DNA of 63,526 nucleotides, the filler included, from Octopus bimaculoides (taxonomy: Eukaryota), in NCBI RefSeq assembly GCF_001194135.2. It is 7 parts of 6 records of this genome, joined end to end, with 100 filler letters (N's around TTAATTAATTAA, not from the genome) between each part and the next. Parts side by side here need not be neighbours in the genome. Positions count along the whole stretch, not along the records: positions 32,334 to 43,587 come from NC_068981.1; positions 43,688 to 50,562 come from NC_068995.1; positions 50,663 to 57,533 come from NW_026348716.1; 4 more parts are not named here. The stretch is one strand, 5' to 3'. Position 1 is the first letter of the stretch, and each line of letters opens with the position of its first letter. Below, in pieces: positions 37,400 to 50,732 of this stretch. The notes under the pieces are model-generated. The model made no database searches. It saw only the letters and a list, made by a program, of their open reading frames with translations, and was not told the DNA's origin. Both the position numbers and the translations under genes were made by a program.

Positions 37400-37821
37400 G
37401 TTAGAAAAGAATCGAGTGGATACAGCGAAGAAATACGAGTTGAAACGATAAAAAAAATTAGAATACATCAGATAACTTTGGCAACTTGCGTACTAGCAAA
37501 AAAAGAAAATGACGCTCAGCAATTTCCTTGAGGTGGAACATGATCGTACCGTTTTCAGAAATGAAATATGTAAAAGACACAAGGAAGTGAAAGTCATTTG
37601 ATGAGCTCGAGTGACAGAGGTGTGACATGGGGGTAACGTTACAGTTGCGGAGTGTGTTACGCGAGCTTTTCGATCTCAGGGGAGATATGTGCAGGTTTAC
37701 AGCAGCGTTTTGCCAAAGTATATGGTGGCAATGCTGAACCGGGTCTCAGCAAAATGTGGACTGTTCCCCAAACTCGATAATGGCAGCTGAGACGAGGTTG
37801 GTGGTGAGTGGTTCTCCAAGG
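37400..37821 (+). mobile_element. Old L1/Tx1-like ORF2 relic (linker between endonuclease and RT)
   Basis: Frameshifted ARVTEV*HG and MC..QQRFAKVYG motifs resemble the L1/Tx1 ORF2 linker. Heavily decayed. Confidence 0.35.
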
Positions 37822-38086
37822 CAGGGGTTTTCAAACTTTTTGACTTGCGGACCCATTATAAACGTTTATGAAATTTATACATAAATATTTGCTTAAAATA
37901 ACATATATTTTTACATTTATTTATTTAACAGTATTTAACAAATAGGTTTATTGTCAATTAAAAGATTTCGATTAAAAGACATATATAAAATCAAATTGCC
38001 CATAAAAAGTATTTGCTGTCCACGGACCCCCTGTCTTGTCCTTGCGGATCCCCTGTGGTTCGCGGACCACAGTTTGAAAACCCCTG
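37822..38086. mobile_element. hAT-superfamily MITE, 265 bp, with intact ends
   Basis: Perfect 16-bp TIRs CAGGGGTTTTCAAACT / AGTTTGAAAACCCCTG and an exact 8-bp TSD CTCCAAGG at 37814-37821 and 38087-38094. Confidence 0.95.
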
Positions 38087-38545
38087 CTCCAAGGTGCACA
38101 CCTCTTGCTTTTTTCTTAATGCGGCATTCGTACATACATGCTACACTTGGTTGACCTTCTCTTCACAGTTAACAGAAAACAGGGAAAATTCCCAGATGTT
38201 TTGGTCAGGAAGTAGCAACGCTGCTGAGGAGGCAGCAAAAAGGGTGCGTTATCACAGAAGTTCATAGATTTTCGACAAGATGTCGGAAAGAATTCATTCT
38301 TATCATTGGTAGTGTTGTTGGGAATGTGCAGACTTGTTTAACATTTAGCAGATTTAACTGCTACAGCCTTCGACTAATATGTTTCAAAGGAAGCCGATAA
38401 ATCTGCTTTACATGTATTTTATGCAGTATTAAAGATTTCCTCACGCAATGATGAACCGTCACCAACAAGCATTACGCATGTATGCGTGTATGTATGTATA
38501 TAAGCATGTAATGTAATTTTATTTATATATGTAAATATGTTTGTG

Positions 38546-38577
<32 letters not shown>

Positions 38578-39892
38578 CGTGAGCGTGTGTGTGTATATAT
38601 ATATGTATTTATATATATATGTAAATATATGTGTATATATATATGTATATAAATATGTGTATATATCTATATCTACATCTATATATATATATATATGCGA
38701 GTAGATGTATATATGTTTGTATACATATGTATGCATGTGTGAATGTGTGTGTATACGTATATATGTGTGTGTGCGTGTGTGTGTGTGTGTGTGTTATATA
38801 TGCATATGTATTTATATGTATTAATTATAAAGGCCGCTAGCTGGCGGAATGGTCTATATGCATATGTTTTTATATGTACGCATATGTGATGCATATATAT
38901 ATATATGTATATATTTGTGTGCGTGTGTATGTGTGTGTGTATGTTTGTAGCGCGTATATAAACCGGCCGTTTACACAGAGTTTCCAAACGCCTATAATTT
39001 CGGTATATTCAACGAATGTTAACAATACTCGTATTTACCATGGCAAAAAAGGAAGAGAAAACATGCCCACAACCGGAAAGTAGATAAATAACTTTGTTTA
39101 CATGTATGTATGTTTCTATGTATGTATGTATGTATGTATGTATGTATGTATGTGTGCGCGCGCGCGTGTGGTAAAGAAATAATTATATTAATTTTTTTTT
39201 GTGAACAGCCATTGCAGAACGATAAGTATACCGCATATCTTTGACTGGCGAAGTAATCGATATGATCGATATTTATTTGCTATTTGTAAAGATTGATGTT
39301 TTGATGGATGTTTATGAACAATGAACTGATGATATTCTGGTAAGAAAATATCAAGAAACTATTTTGAACGGATTCTAAAGGGTGAGTCTTAGCAGCATCA
39401 GGAATATTGGATGAAAGGAATGTATTCTTCTGTGGGCTATAATTTCAATTTCCTAGAAATGTTGTCATATTTTCACATGATAAAAAGTGCCCCCAGTTTT
39501 AGTATATGCTTTTTTTTTTCTCTACAAAAATATACACCGGTATCTACGCATGCATATTTGTGCATGTTAATATGTAAATTTTATAACACATTTGCTAATT
39601 TTTTTTTCACTCGTATGTCGGTACAACATTTTCCGGCATACAAGTCAAATTTTGGTCTGAAAACAGACCAAAGTTTACATCCAAAGAAATCTAGGGCAAT
39701 TTATACACCAAACCGACTTTGGAGGACCAAAAGTTCAATGTGAAATGCAGCAGGATTTGAAAAGATAGTGAAGATGTTTGAATGCTAACATTGCATGTTT
39801 ACACTACATATACCGTCGACTTTCATGCCGAAAATGCCTGTATTTTAATGACAATTGTTGTGTTGTTTCCAATCAGTTTGTTGCAATAAAAA

Positions 39893-40235
39893 GGGTAAAG
39901 ACCTATCTTTGATCATGAATAACCTTGGGATTGCAACTAGAAAGTTCCCCTCCCGAGGCATAAGTCCAGGCAAGGCTGTTTGTGGAAGACCAGCAGTCAC
40001 CCATGCACACCACCCTCTCCTCTCCACACCACCGATATTATCCAACGGAAAGGCAAAGGCCGATACAGATTGGCAGCAGTGACGTCGCAACTTATTTCTA
40101 CAGCTGAGTTAACTGGAGTTACGTGAAATAAAGTGTCTTGCTCAAGAACAAAACACGCAGCCCGGTCCGAGAATTTTACCCATTACCTCATGATTGTGAG
40201 CCCGATGCTCTAACCACTGAGCCATGCAACTTCAT
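39893..40235 (-). mobile_element. tRNA-derived SINE, family C
   Basis: Minus strand has the tRNA-like head GCATGGCTCAGTGGTTAGAGCATCGGGCTCACAATC, then TTCTTGAGCAAGACACTTTATTTCACG..CTCAGCTG and a distinct 3' tail. Confidence 0.8.
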
Positions 40236-40575
40236 TTGTTGAGGGATCATCATCTAAAAGTGTTCACAGACCTACATGGTTGCCTGGTTGGTTGGTTGGT
40301 TGGTTGGTTGGTTGGTTGGTTGGTTGGCTGGCTGGCTGGCTAGATGNNNNNNNNNNNNNNNNNNNNNNNNNNNNNNNNNNNNNNNNNNNNNNNNNNNNNN
40401 NNNNNNNNNNNNNNNNNNGTTGGTTGGTTGGTTGGTTGGTTAATTGGTTGGTTGGTTGGTTGGTTGGTTAGTTGGCTGGTTGGCTGGTTGGCTGGTTGGC
40501 TGGTTGGTTGGCTGGCTGGCTGGTTGGTTGGTTGGTTGGTTGGTTGGCTGGCAGTGCTGAGTTAATTTGCTTTCA

Positions 40576-40793
40576 TATTGGTTTCAGATTTTGCCACGTG
40601 GCTAGCAGTTTAGAGGAAGGGGTAAGTTAATTACATCGACCTCAGTGCTCGACTGGTCCTTATTTTATTGACCCCGAAAGGATGAAAGGCAAAGTCAACC
40701 TCAGTAGAATTTGAACTTAGAACATAAAGACAGACGAAACTGCCGCTAAGCATTTTTCCCGGCATGCTAACGATTTTGCCAGCTCGCTGCTTT
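40576..40793 (-). mobile_element. SINE family B
   Basis: Reverse complement of the consensus, ending GCCAGCTCGCTGC. Confidence 0.9.
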
Positions 40794-42613
40794 GATATGC
40801 TCCTATATTACTGAGTTTTCCGCGGTATCTTATCCTGCGATAAAATGCAGCAAATCTCTCAAAGCCAAAATAAGAACCGTCAGCCAATCACTACAGTATC
40901 CCATCGACCCAGCCCACTGCAATCCCTCTCATACATCGTCTCTCCATATTCTAAACACTTCTCAGTGAAATTGCAACGATATTTGCTATGGGGGAACAGT
41001 GTCACTTCTAAATGTTTATGGTATCAATTTCTCCCATTTTGCATTTCTTTGTGAATGTTTTTAAGTCGAAGTCATTGAAAAATTCTTAACTTAATTGTGC
41101 ACGTTCCTTGTTACTATCAACAAAACCAGAGAATGGTGTACTAATAGAATTGTTAGAAGGTATAATGAATTGCCTTGGCTGTATTCAATCTTGTTTGGGA
41201 TTCAATTCCTACCGAGGTGAAATTTGCCATTTATTTATCCTGGGGTTGATAAAGTAAAGTACTAAGTAAAGTGCTTGCATCGATTTAATCGACTAAACCT
41301 GCCACCAAAAAGAGAAAAATATCTAAGAGTAAAAGAAAACCATTCTCAGCATGGAATTATGCAATACATTTCTATCAAATGCTATTTCTTTATTATTCCT
41401 ACAGGAGTTTTTCTCTGAAACAAATATAATTCGCTGGTGCAAAAGTCCAGATTTGTTCTCTCTGTTATGGTACCTTTGGGAAATAATGCCTCCAAATCAC
41501 TGCGATGTAATTTGCGTGAAAGGTCTCCAGCAAATTTAACCATATCAACTTCGAATATTTATTCAGAACAAGAGACAAAGTGGACTCATTTGCTACGTAC
41601 TAAATTAACAAGCTCTCACCAGCGGCTGAACAACAATAGCAACGGTAACTTATAGGTAACAAAAAAAAAAGTAAATTTTCGTTCGAATAACAGCATTTAA
41701 CTCAAACGAGGATGATTCTAGTTTATTCAAACGATTAATCGAAACAAACAAGCATAAAAAGATTTTTTCCCCATACAGAGTCTCCATAACAACTTAAAGA
41801 TGTTAATTGTCAACTAAGTCAGTTAGAGGCATATGTAATTCAGCTGAGAATGCAATGTTTCCCCATTGTTTTCTACAATGTACTTTTATCTCCATGGTTA
41901 CAGGAGTGTACTTTATGTAAGTATGAAGACTATAGGACACTCTAAAACTTACTGTCACCATATAGTCATAGTTGTTACAGTTTTGACGGCAGTTTTTGCT
42001 ATTTTCATTATTACCGTTGTAGTTGCGTTATTATCAATAGTTGTCCTATTTTTTCTTATCACTTTTGCCCTTATTTCTGATTTCGTTTGCTCTCATTTCC
42101 AATATATCATTGTCCTTAAATTTTCTTCTTTATCCTTATTGTTGTTTGTTGTCCATATTATTTCTTCTTCATTCTCTTTTATCATCATTATTATTATTAT
42201 TATTTATGTTTTTTTTTATTTATCAGTAGTGTCTTGCGATTACATTGTATGATGTTTTTGCTGTTATACATTCTATGTTTGAAGTTATTTGATCTTCTGT
42301 TTTCTCGTTGCCGACAGAGTCTACACATTATTCGTACATCAAGGAGACATTGTTACCTGCTAGCGGCACTACCACCACCACCACCACCACTGTTATTACT
42401 ACTCTCACCTCCGCTACCATCATCACCACCAACAGCAACAATAACAACACGTCGACCTTCATCCGTTTTTGTTCTATAATGATGAAAGGGTGTAGTTGAA
42501 GGTGATTTGATAGCTAGTTACAGCAGGTCGATTTATAATATTAGATATAGCATTAAATACTAACTAACAAGCTATATTTCAGATCTCCAAATTGATTAAA
42601 ACCAATGAAGTCA

Positions 42614-42833
42614 TACTGGTTTCAATTTTTGGCACAAAGCCAGCAATTCCGAGGAAGCGGGTTAAACGATTACATCGACCTTACTTTTCAACCGGTGCTC
42701 AATTTATCAAATCCTGAAAGGATAAAAGGCAAAGTCAACTACGGCAGAATTTGAACTCAGAACATAAAGACGGACGAAATGACGCGAAAGTAATTTCCCG
42801 GCATGCTAACGATTCTGCCAGCTCGCTGCCTTA
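42614..42833 (-). mobile_element. SINE family B
   Basis: GATAAAAGGCAAAGTCAAC..GAACTCAGAAC..GCTAACGATTCTGCCAGCTCGCTGCC. Confidence 0.9.
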
Positions 42834-43249
42834 ACTAATGAAGTCATATTAATAACGGTAACATATCTAGAATCCGCAGTTTTTTTCGAATGCATTACTA
42901 CGTACAGCTGTCACAACATATGCGCAACCTAATACGCAAAAGACATCAAGGTTACTTCGCTCCACTAAATTCGCTTACAAAGTCATACCACTGCAAATTG
43001 AATTGAGTCTTTTCGAGCTGGGACATCCAGAAGCCAGAACTAACTGGGTAATGAAAAGAACGATGTGGTACAACTAAATGATATCCTTTCAGACGTTTTG
43101 ACCCACAGATTTTGAGTAACAAGAGTGGAAAAAATGGACAACTTTGTTGACTTTAGCTGGAGTGAAGACACAAACACACACAAATACTCCATTCACTCTC
43201 AGACATACCGTGAATTTTTCATATCTGAGATTCTACAACAACTGGACCG

Positions 43250-43300
43250 ACAACGACAACAATATCATCAACATCAGCAACTACAACAACAGCAACAACC

Positions 43301-43382
<82 letters not shown>

Positions 43383-43415
43383 ATAATAATAATAATAATA
43401 ATAATAATAGTAATG

Positions 43416-43470
<55 letters not shown>
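43250..43470. repeat. (AAC)/(CAC)/(TAC)/(TAA)n compound microsatellite
   Basis: Direct reading. Confidence 0.95.
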
Positions 43471-43471
<1 letters not shown>

Positions 43472-43587
43472 CAAATGTTACGGAAAAACAGACAAATGTT
43501 ACGGAAAAATAAACAAATGTTACGGAAAACAGTCAGCCACCTTTTATATATGGATGACCTAAAATTATACGCCAAAAATGACAAAGA
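43471..43587 (+). mobile_element. Non-LTR retrotransposon RT fragment (R4/Dong-like), 5'-truncated, running into a gap
   Basis: 43532-43585 encodes VSHLLYMDDLKLYAKNDK with the RT catalytic YMDD at 43547-43558. It is preceded by a 21-bp unit x3 and a (TAA)n run. Confidence 0.8.
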
Positions 43588-44789
43588 NNNNNNNNNNNNN
43601 NNNNNNNNNNNNNNNNNNNNNNNNNNNNNNNTTAATTAATTAANNNNNNNNNNNNNNNNNNNNNNNNNNNNNNNNNNNNNNNNNNNNTATTATTATTATT
43701 ATTATTATTATTATTATCATCATCATCATCATACATATGCAGACACATTCGAAGAAATACGAATCAAAAGAGCAATCAAAAGATTTTCACTAAGTTTAAA
43801 TATTCGTATTAAGATACTGACTTAGAACTGCATTTTAAAAAGTTTAACAGAAGTTTTAAAAAAGAAAAAAAAAAGAAAAAAACACGATTCTTCGGATGTT
43901 TAGTTTTGAGTTGACATACGACATACACTTTGTTTTCGGTAGTAGCAGATGGGTACTCGGAGTAAAAATTTCATTGATGGATGATCTTTTTGTTGAAATT
44001 TGGACAAGTTGTCCACTACTAGAAATATCAGCCAAATCTCACTCAAGTTATATTCGACCTAGTCTTTAAAATCGAAGTCCACATCGGATACTTTACTCTT
44101 AAAACGGATACGTTTTTAAGTCAGCACTTTTGGATCAGAGCTGACCGGAGGCTAATCTACAACAACACTACCTCCATCATGTGACACAAACATTACTATT
44201 CAGAAGTTTCTCTGTCTCTTATCAATGTTTCCACAACCATATTCTATTTGGAACCAGCAAACGTTAATTACTTCCCCTATACGCTCTCCATTCAATCACC
44301 ACATGTGTTAATAGTTCTCACGCCACACTCTCCTATCAATGTCGTCACGCTGTACATTAATCTCGACCTACTCTTGTATGTGACGAGTGACCCTGTAGGC
44401 ACCACTATGTATTTAAAAAAAAAACAACAACAAAAAAAAACATACTTCGCCCATTCAGCAGCGTAACTGAGAAAACAATAATCTCTCTCGACATTATCAC
44501 CCACGTGACTCCTACTATCTCAAGTGCCGTTGTCTATCAGTAATTATCGCTGTGGCCTTAATATTAGATTGGTTTCAAGTAGAACTAATCTCTCTTCTCT
44601 CCGTTACAACGTCTTCCTTGTCCACCTATATGTGAATGGGCTTGAGTATGTGTGTGTGGGTCACTGTCTGTCCGTCTCACACTCTCTCTCTTTCTCTCTT
44701 CCTCTCTCTTTCTATCTATTTATCTATCTTTCTCGATATATATATATGGACGTATATATGGACGTATATATATATATATATATATATAT

Positions 44790-44863
44790 GGGAGCTTAGC
44801 TTAATCGGTCAAAGCATCGTGATGCGTAATCACGGAGATGTGAGTTCGAGTCCACAGCTAACC
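44790..44863 (+). tRNA. tRNA-like Pol III unit (Thr-CGT-like), probably a pseudogene
   Basis: A box TAGCTTAATCGG, B box GTTCGAGTC, anticodon stem CGTGA/TCACG around loop TGCGTAA, and T6 at 44872-44877. The acceptor and T stems are imperfect and G sits at the conserved U33 position. Confidence 0.55.
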
Positions 44864-45034
44864 ACCTACACTTTTTTGCTACAAAATAGGAGTAGTTTAT
44901 CCTGTTCAGGCTATATTATTAACATTATTCTGCGATTGAGAATTTAAAATCACTTCTTTAACTTTCTTAGACATCTCAACGCTTCTAAAAGCAAACTTCG
45001 TTTGTTTGTTTACGTTTGTCGTAATTTGAATTTA

Positions 45035-45066
<32 letters not shown>

Positions 45067-45699
45067 ANNNNNNNNNNNNNNNNNNNNNNNNNNNNNNNNN
45101 NNNNNNNNNNNNNNNNNNNNNNNNNNNNNNNNNNNNNNNNNNNNNNNNNNNNNNNNNNNNNNNNNNNNNNNNNNNNNNNNNNNNNNNNNNNNNNNNNNNN
45201 NNNNNNNNNNNNNNNNNNNNNNNNNNNNNNNNNNNNNNNNNNNNNNNNNNNNNNNNNNNNNNNNNNNNNNNNNNNNNNNNNNNNNNNNNNNNNNNNNNNN
45301 NNNNNNNNNNNNNNNNNNNNNNNNNNNNNNNNNNNNNNNNNNNNNNNNNNNNNNNNNNNNNNNNNNNNNNNNNNNNNNNNNNNNNNNNNNNNNNNNNNNN
45401 NNNNNNNNNNNNNNNNNNNNNNNNNNNNNNNNNNNNNNNNNNNNNNNNNNNNNNNNNNNNNNNNNNNNNNNNNNNNNNNNNNNNNNNNNNNNNNNNNNNN
45501 NNNNNNNNNNNNNNNNNNNNNNNNNNNNNNNNNNNNNNNNNNNNNNNNNNNNNNNNNNNNNNNNNNNNNNNNNNNNGGGAGGCATAAAATACACGGTTAA
45601 AATTTAAGTACATTCACAGGCACAACATAGAATCGCGAATGTATGTACGTACATATATATTTGTGTATGTCTGTGTGTGTGCGTGTGTGTGTGTGTGTG

Positions 45700-45870
45700 T
45701 GTCTGCGTGGTAAGAAGTTTGCTTCCCAGCCACATGGTCCAGGGTTCAGTCCCACTGCGTGGCACCTTGGGCAAGTGTCTGCTACTATAGCCTCGAGCTA
45801 ACTAAAGACTTGTGAGTGAATTGGGTAGATGGCAACTGAAAGAAGCTCGTCGTGTATATGTGTGCATGTC
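45700..45870 (+). mobile_element. SINE family A, 5' half
   Basis: GTGGTAAGAAGTTTGCTTCCCAGCCACATGG..GGCACCTTGGGCAAGTGTCT. Confidence 0.9.
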
Positions 45871-46934
45871 TGTCCGTGTGCCTGTATATATATTTGTGTG
45901 TGTGTGTGTGCGTGTGCGCGTGTGTGTATGCGTGTGTGTGTGTTTGCCTCTTTGAAAAACAATCTACTTCATTTTGCGATATTATCCAGAAATCAACAAC
46001 CCTTTACCACATTACAAGAGAATAGGGTACCGATAAGTCATCTTATCCCTCTCTCTACGCTACGGCCCCAGTAGTTGGTTGTAACGAACCTCTTTTTTTT
46101 ATCAATGGGGTGCCATTGTGTTGGAATTTATTCATTTGTAATGGGTAAGACATTGTGCAAACTGAAGACAGGTTGGCGGCGAAAACTGATACCTTTTCCT
46201 GTCATAAAACACCTGACGACTCAGCATCATACACCCCGGTAACAAGAATCCACTCATATATATATATATANNNNNNNNNNNNNNNNNNNNNNNNNNNATT
46301 ATGTGTATGAACGCTGTGAGGTACGAACTTGAAAGTGGGGACGAAGTAAGTTCGCGTGTTTGCTCGGCGATAGCCAAGGAAGAAAAGGATTATTGACCGA
46401 TATACGCACACATCAAGAGAGAGAGATATGTATATATACACTCACATTCACACACACGCACATATACAGGGGTGTGTAGGTGGATAATTATAGATCGATT
46501 GGCAGATAGATAAGAGACAGATGGAGACAAAGATGTATAAAAATATGTGTACATATGTATGGATGTATATGCGTTTGTGTGTGTGTGTGTGTATGAATCT
46601 GTATGTACGTATGTATGTATGTACGTACGTACGTATGTTTGTATGTATGTATCCATATATGTATATATGTGTGTGTATGTATGTATACGCACACAGAGAC
46701 ATACACACATACACTTTCATGCATTTTTTTGGAAGGTCTCCCGTGAATCAAGCAAAACAAAATATAACATTTAAATATCGGATAAAAAAGAAAAAAAAGT
46801 ATCTGAAGAGGAAGATTTTTTAAACTGGTGTGGAGATTTTTAACCCCGTATTTTATTCTATCATTTATAGCTTTCTACGCTCCGAGGGTCACGAGTCCAA
46901 AAAGGAATTATTTCACTGTCGAAGTTTTAAAATT

Positions 46935-46998
<64 letters not shown>

Positions 46999-47171
46999 TG
47001 TTTCTTTATTAGCCACACAGGGCTCAACATAGAGGGGACAAAATACAAATGTAGAGTTTTTCTTTTCGAGGGGGGCGAAAACAAAGCAGAAAAAAAACAA
47101 AAGTAGGGACAACGATGAAAAAAAATACATCGCAAAACGTTTGGGGTATTTACACAAAATACGAAATAATA
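46999..47171 (-). mobile_element. LINE-type 3' end abutting (GATA)n
   Basis: Minus strand ends TTGTCCCCTCTATGTTGAGCCCTGTGTGGCTAATAAAGAAACATATC, similar to the Tx1-like LINE 3' end at 36240-36285. Confidence 0.6.
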
Positions 47172-48692
47172 CNNNNNNNNNNNNNNNNNNNNNNNNNNNN
47201 NNNNNNNNNNNNNNNNNNNNNNNNNNNNNNNNNNNNNNNNNNNNNNNNNNNNNNNNNNNNNNNNNNNNNNNNNNNNNNNNNNNNNNNNNNNNNNNNNNNN
47301 NNNNNNNNNNNNNNNNNNNNNNNNNNNNNNNNNNNNNNNNNNNNNNNNNNNNNNNNNNNNNNNNNNNNNNNNNNNNNNNNNNNNNNNNNNNNNNNNNNNN
47401 NNNNNNNNNNNNNNNNNNNNNNNNNNNNNNNNNNNNNNNNNNNNNNNNNNNNNNNNNNNNNNNNNNNNNNNNNNNNNNNNNNNNNNNNNNNNNNNNNNNN
47501 NNNNNNNNNNNNNNNNNNNNNNNNNNNNNNNNNNNNNNNNNNNNNNNNNNNNNNNNNNNNNNNNNNNNNNNNNNNNNNNNNNNNNNNNNNNNNNNNNNNN
47601 NNNNNNNNNNNNNNNNNNNNNNNNNNNNNNNNNNNNNNNNNNNNNNNNNNNNNNNNNNNNNNNNNNNNNNNNNNNNNNNNNNNNNNNNNNNNNNNNNNNN
47701 NNNNNNNNNNNNNNNNNNNNNNNNNNNNNNNNNNNNNNNNNNNNNNNNNNNNNNNNNNNNNNNNNNNNNNNNNNNNNNNNNNNNNNNNNNNNNNNNNNNN
47801 NNNNNNNNNNNNNNNNNNNNNNNNNNNNNNNNNNNNNNNNNNNNNNNNNNNNNNATATATATATATACGTAAGAGACAGATTCTCGCACACACATAACAC
47901 ATAAGTGCATATGGATATTAATACATACCTGCATAACAATGTACAGGAACTTACAAACAGACAGACAGACAGAACAGACAAACAGACAAACAGACAGACA
48001 GGCAGACAGACAGGCTTGTACACAGAGTATTTCGCTGTTGCTACTGAAATGATTGATTCGAGGGGGCAATGTTGGGTCAAACAGCATTTTACTGTTATAG
48101 CAAATTCTTGATTTTATCAATAAACAGAATGAGATAGGTGACTGACTGGTTGGACAGGAGGGAATGGAGGACGGCGGTTGGGTTGGTGGAGGGGAATGAG
48201 AAAGAAGAGTAGGACTAATTTATTAGGTGGTGATCCGGGTTCCATTCTCAGGCGGGTAACCCTGTCACAAAGCATCATCGTCAATGGCCTTTCGAATTGT
48301 ATTAATATCGTAATGTTCCGTTACTGTCATCTTAGTTGTATTCCTATGCTACGTGTCTGTCAGCCAGTCTATGCATATGTATGTACATACATATATACAC
48401 ATACAAATATGTGTGTTGTGTGTGTATTTGGAAATACACACACATATACACAAACACACGCACACATATCATACATACGTACATACATACATACATACAT
48501 ACAAACAGACATACATACATGAATGCATACATGCATATACAATACATACACACACACATACACACACACACACATATAGAAATACATACAAATACACATA
48601 CATATACATATACATACATGCATTCATACACACATACATACATACATACATACATACATGCATGCATAATAGGATACATACATACATACATA

Positions 48693-48877
48693 ATGGTGGC
48701 GTGTAGCTTATTGGTCAGGGGTGTTGGACTCATGATCGTGAGATTGTGGTTTCAATTCGTGGACTGGGCAATGCTTCGTGTTCTTGACTGAAGCATTTCA
48801 TTTCACGTTGCCCCAGTCCACTCAGCTGTCAAAAGTGAGTAATCCTACGACCGACTGGCGTCCCGTCCATTTAAAAT
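48693..48877 (+). mobile_element. tRNA-derived SINE head and central domain (family C-related)
   Basis: GGCGTGTAGCTTATTGGTCAGGGGTGTTGGACTC..GGTTTCAATTC..TTTCACGTTGCCCCAGTCCACTCAGCTG. Confidence 0.75.
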
Positions 48878-49270
48878 GGAGAATCGTGGCACTCCGTCGG
48901 TTACGACGACGAGGGTTCCAGCTGATCCGATCAACGGAACAACCTGCTCGTCAAATTAACGTACAAGTGGCTGAGCACTCCACAGACACGTGTACCCTTA
49001 ACGTAGTTCTCGGGGAGATTCAGCGTGACACATAGTGTGACAAGGCTGGCCCCCCCATTGAACTACAGGTACAACAGAAACAGGAAGAAAGAGTGCGAGA
49101 AAGTTGTGGTGAAAGAGTACAAGAGGGGTCGCCCCCCCCCCTGCCGGAGCCTCGTGGAGCTTTAGGTGTTTTTGCTCAATAAACTGTCACAACGCCCGGT
49201 CTGAGAATCGAAAACGCGATCCTACAACCGCGAGTCCACTTTCCTAACCACTGGGCAATTGCGCCTCCAC
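48878..49270 (-). mobile_element. tRNA(Arg)-like SINE, family D, near full length
   Basis: Minus-strand head GTGGAGGCGCAATTGCCCAGTGGTTAGG..GGACTCGCGG with a GCG anticodon-like loop. A second head copy lies at 60107. Confidence 0.85.
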
Positions 49271-49465
49271 GGCTGGGGAATATATATGTCATGAAACCAG
49301 AAAACTGGCCCTTATGAATCTATATAAGTGGTTCCCAAACTTTTTCTGGCTGCCACCCCCTTCACACTCAGGCCACATTCCTATCGTTGTTAGATGGTGT
49401 TGTTTCCTTACGTAGATGGCTCTGTCGTATGTAACGTTTAAATAACTCGAGACGTAATAGCAGCG

Positions 49466-49521
<56 letters not shown>

Positions 49522-49706
49522 GGTAGTAGTAGTAGTAGTGGTGGTGGTGGTAGTAGTAGCAATAGTAGTAGTAGTAGTAGCAGCAGCAGCAGCAACTTGC
49601 ATGCATTAGAAATCTTCTTGTCGTTAAAGGTTAAACAGTTTGACAAAGAAACAAAAACGCACTTCATGAAAAAGTTCAGGCAAAAAAAAAAAAGAAAGAA
49701 AGAAAC

Positions 49707-49737
<31 letters not shown>

Positions 49738-49746
49738 GAAACAAAC

Positions 49747-49777
<31 letters not shown>

Positions 49778-50141
49778 GAAAGAAAGAAATGACAATTGTA
49801 AGAATTGGAATAAAGAAAGGCAAGAGTTGAGTGAAAGAATGAAAATGAAAAATTATCAAGAAAAGAGAGAATGGAAGAAAGGAAGAAAGGAAGAAATAAT
49901 TTATACAAAAATGAGACAAAAAAGTTGAAACAAAGCAACTAAAAGGTAAAAGATCAAAACCGTTTATTGAGAATCAGGCTTTTGTTTTCAGATATTCTGC
50001 AATCCATTGTTCCAGAATTCTTTATATGCTTTCTTCAACCCTGGTTCAGATTAGATTAGACAGCCAAACAGGCAGACAAACAGATAGGCAGGCAGACAGA
50101 CAGAGACAGACAGAGACGGATAGATCGATCGATAGATAGAC

Positions 50142-50192
<51 letters not shown>

Positions 50193-50315
50193 GACAGATA
50201 GATAGATAGATAGAGACAGATAGATAGATAGATAGATAGATAGNNNNNNNNNNATAGATAGATAGATAGATAGATAGATAGGCAAGTAGACAAACAGACA
50301 GGTGAGCGAACAAAT

Positions 50316-50363
<48 letters not shown>

Positions 50364-50732
50364 GGACAGACACATAGACAGACAGACGGGCAGACAGACG
50401 GACACGTAGACAGGCAGGTAGTCAAACAGACAGATAGACAGAGAGAGGGAGTGAGAGACAGAGACAGACAGACATACAGACAGGCAGATAGATAGGTAGA
50501 CAGATAAGCAGATGGATAGACAGACATGCAGCAGACAGACATGCAGCAGACAGACAGACAGANNNNNNNNNNNNNNNNNNNNNNNNNNNNNNNNNNNNNN
50601 NNNNNNTTAATTAATTAANNNNNNNNNNNNNNNNNNNNNNNNNNNNNNNNNNNNNNNNNNNNTTTCTTTTACCCACAAGCCAAGAACTTTCAAGCAATGT
50701 CTCATATATATATACATACATATACATATATA

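Noticed and set aside
43125-43584. Homopolymer or dipeptide ORFs (poly-L/I/N/Y, CV, YI, HT, SL) throughout the window
   Set aside because: These are translations of microsatellites.
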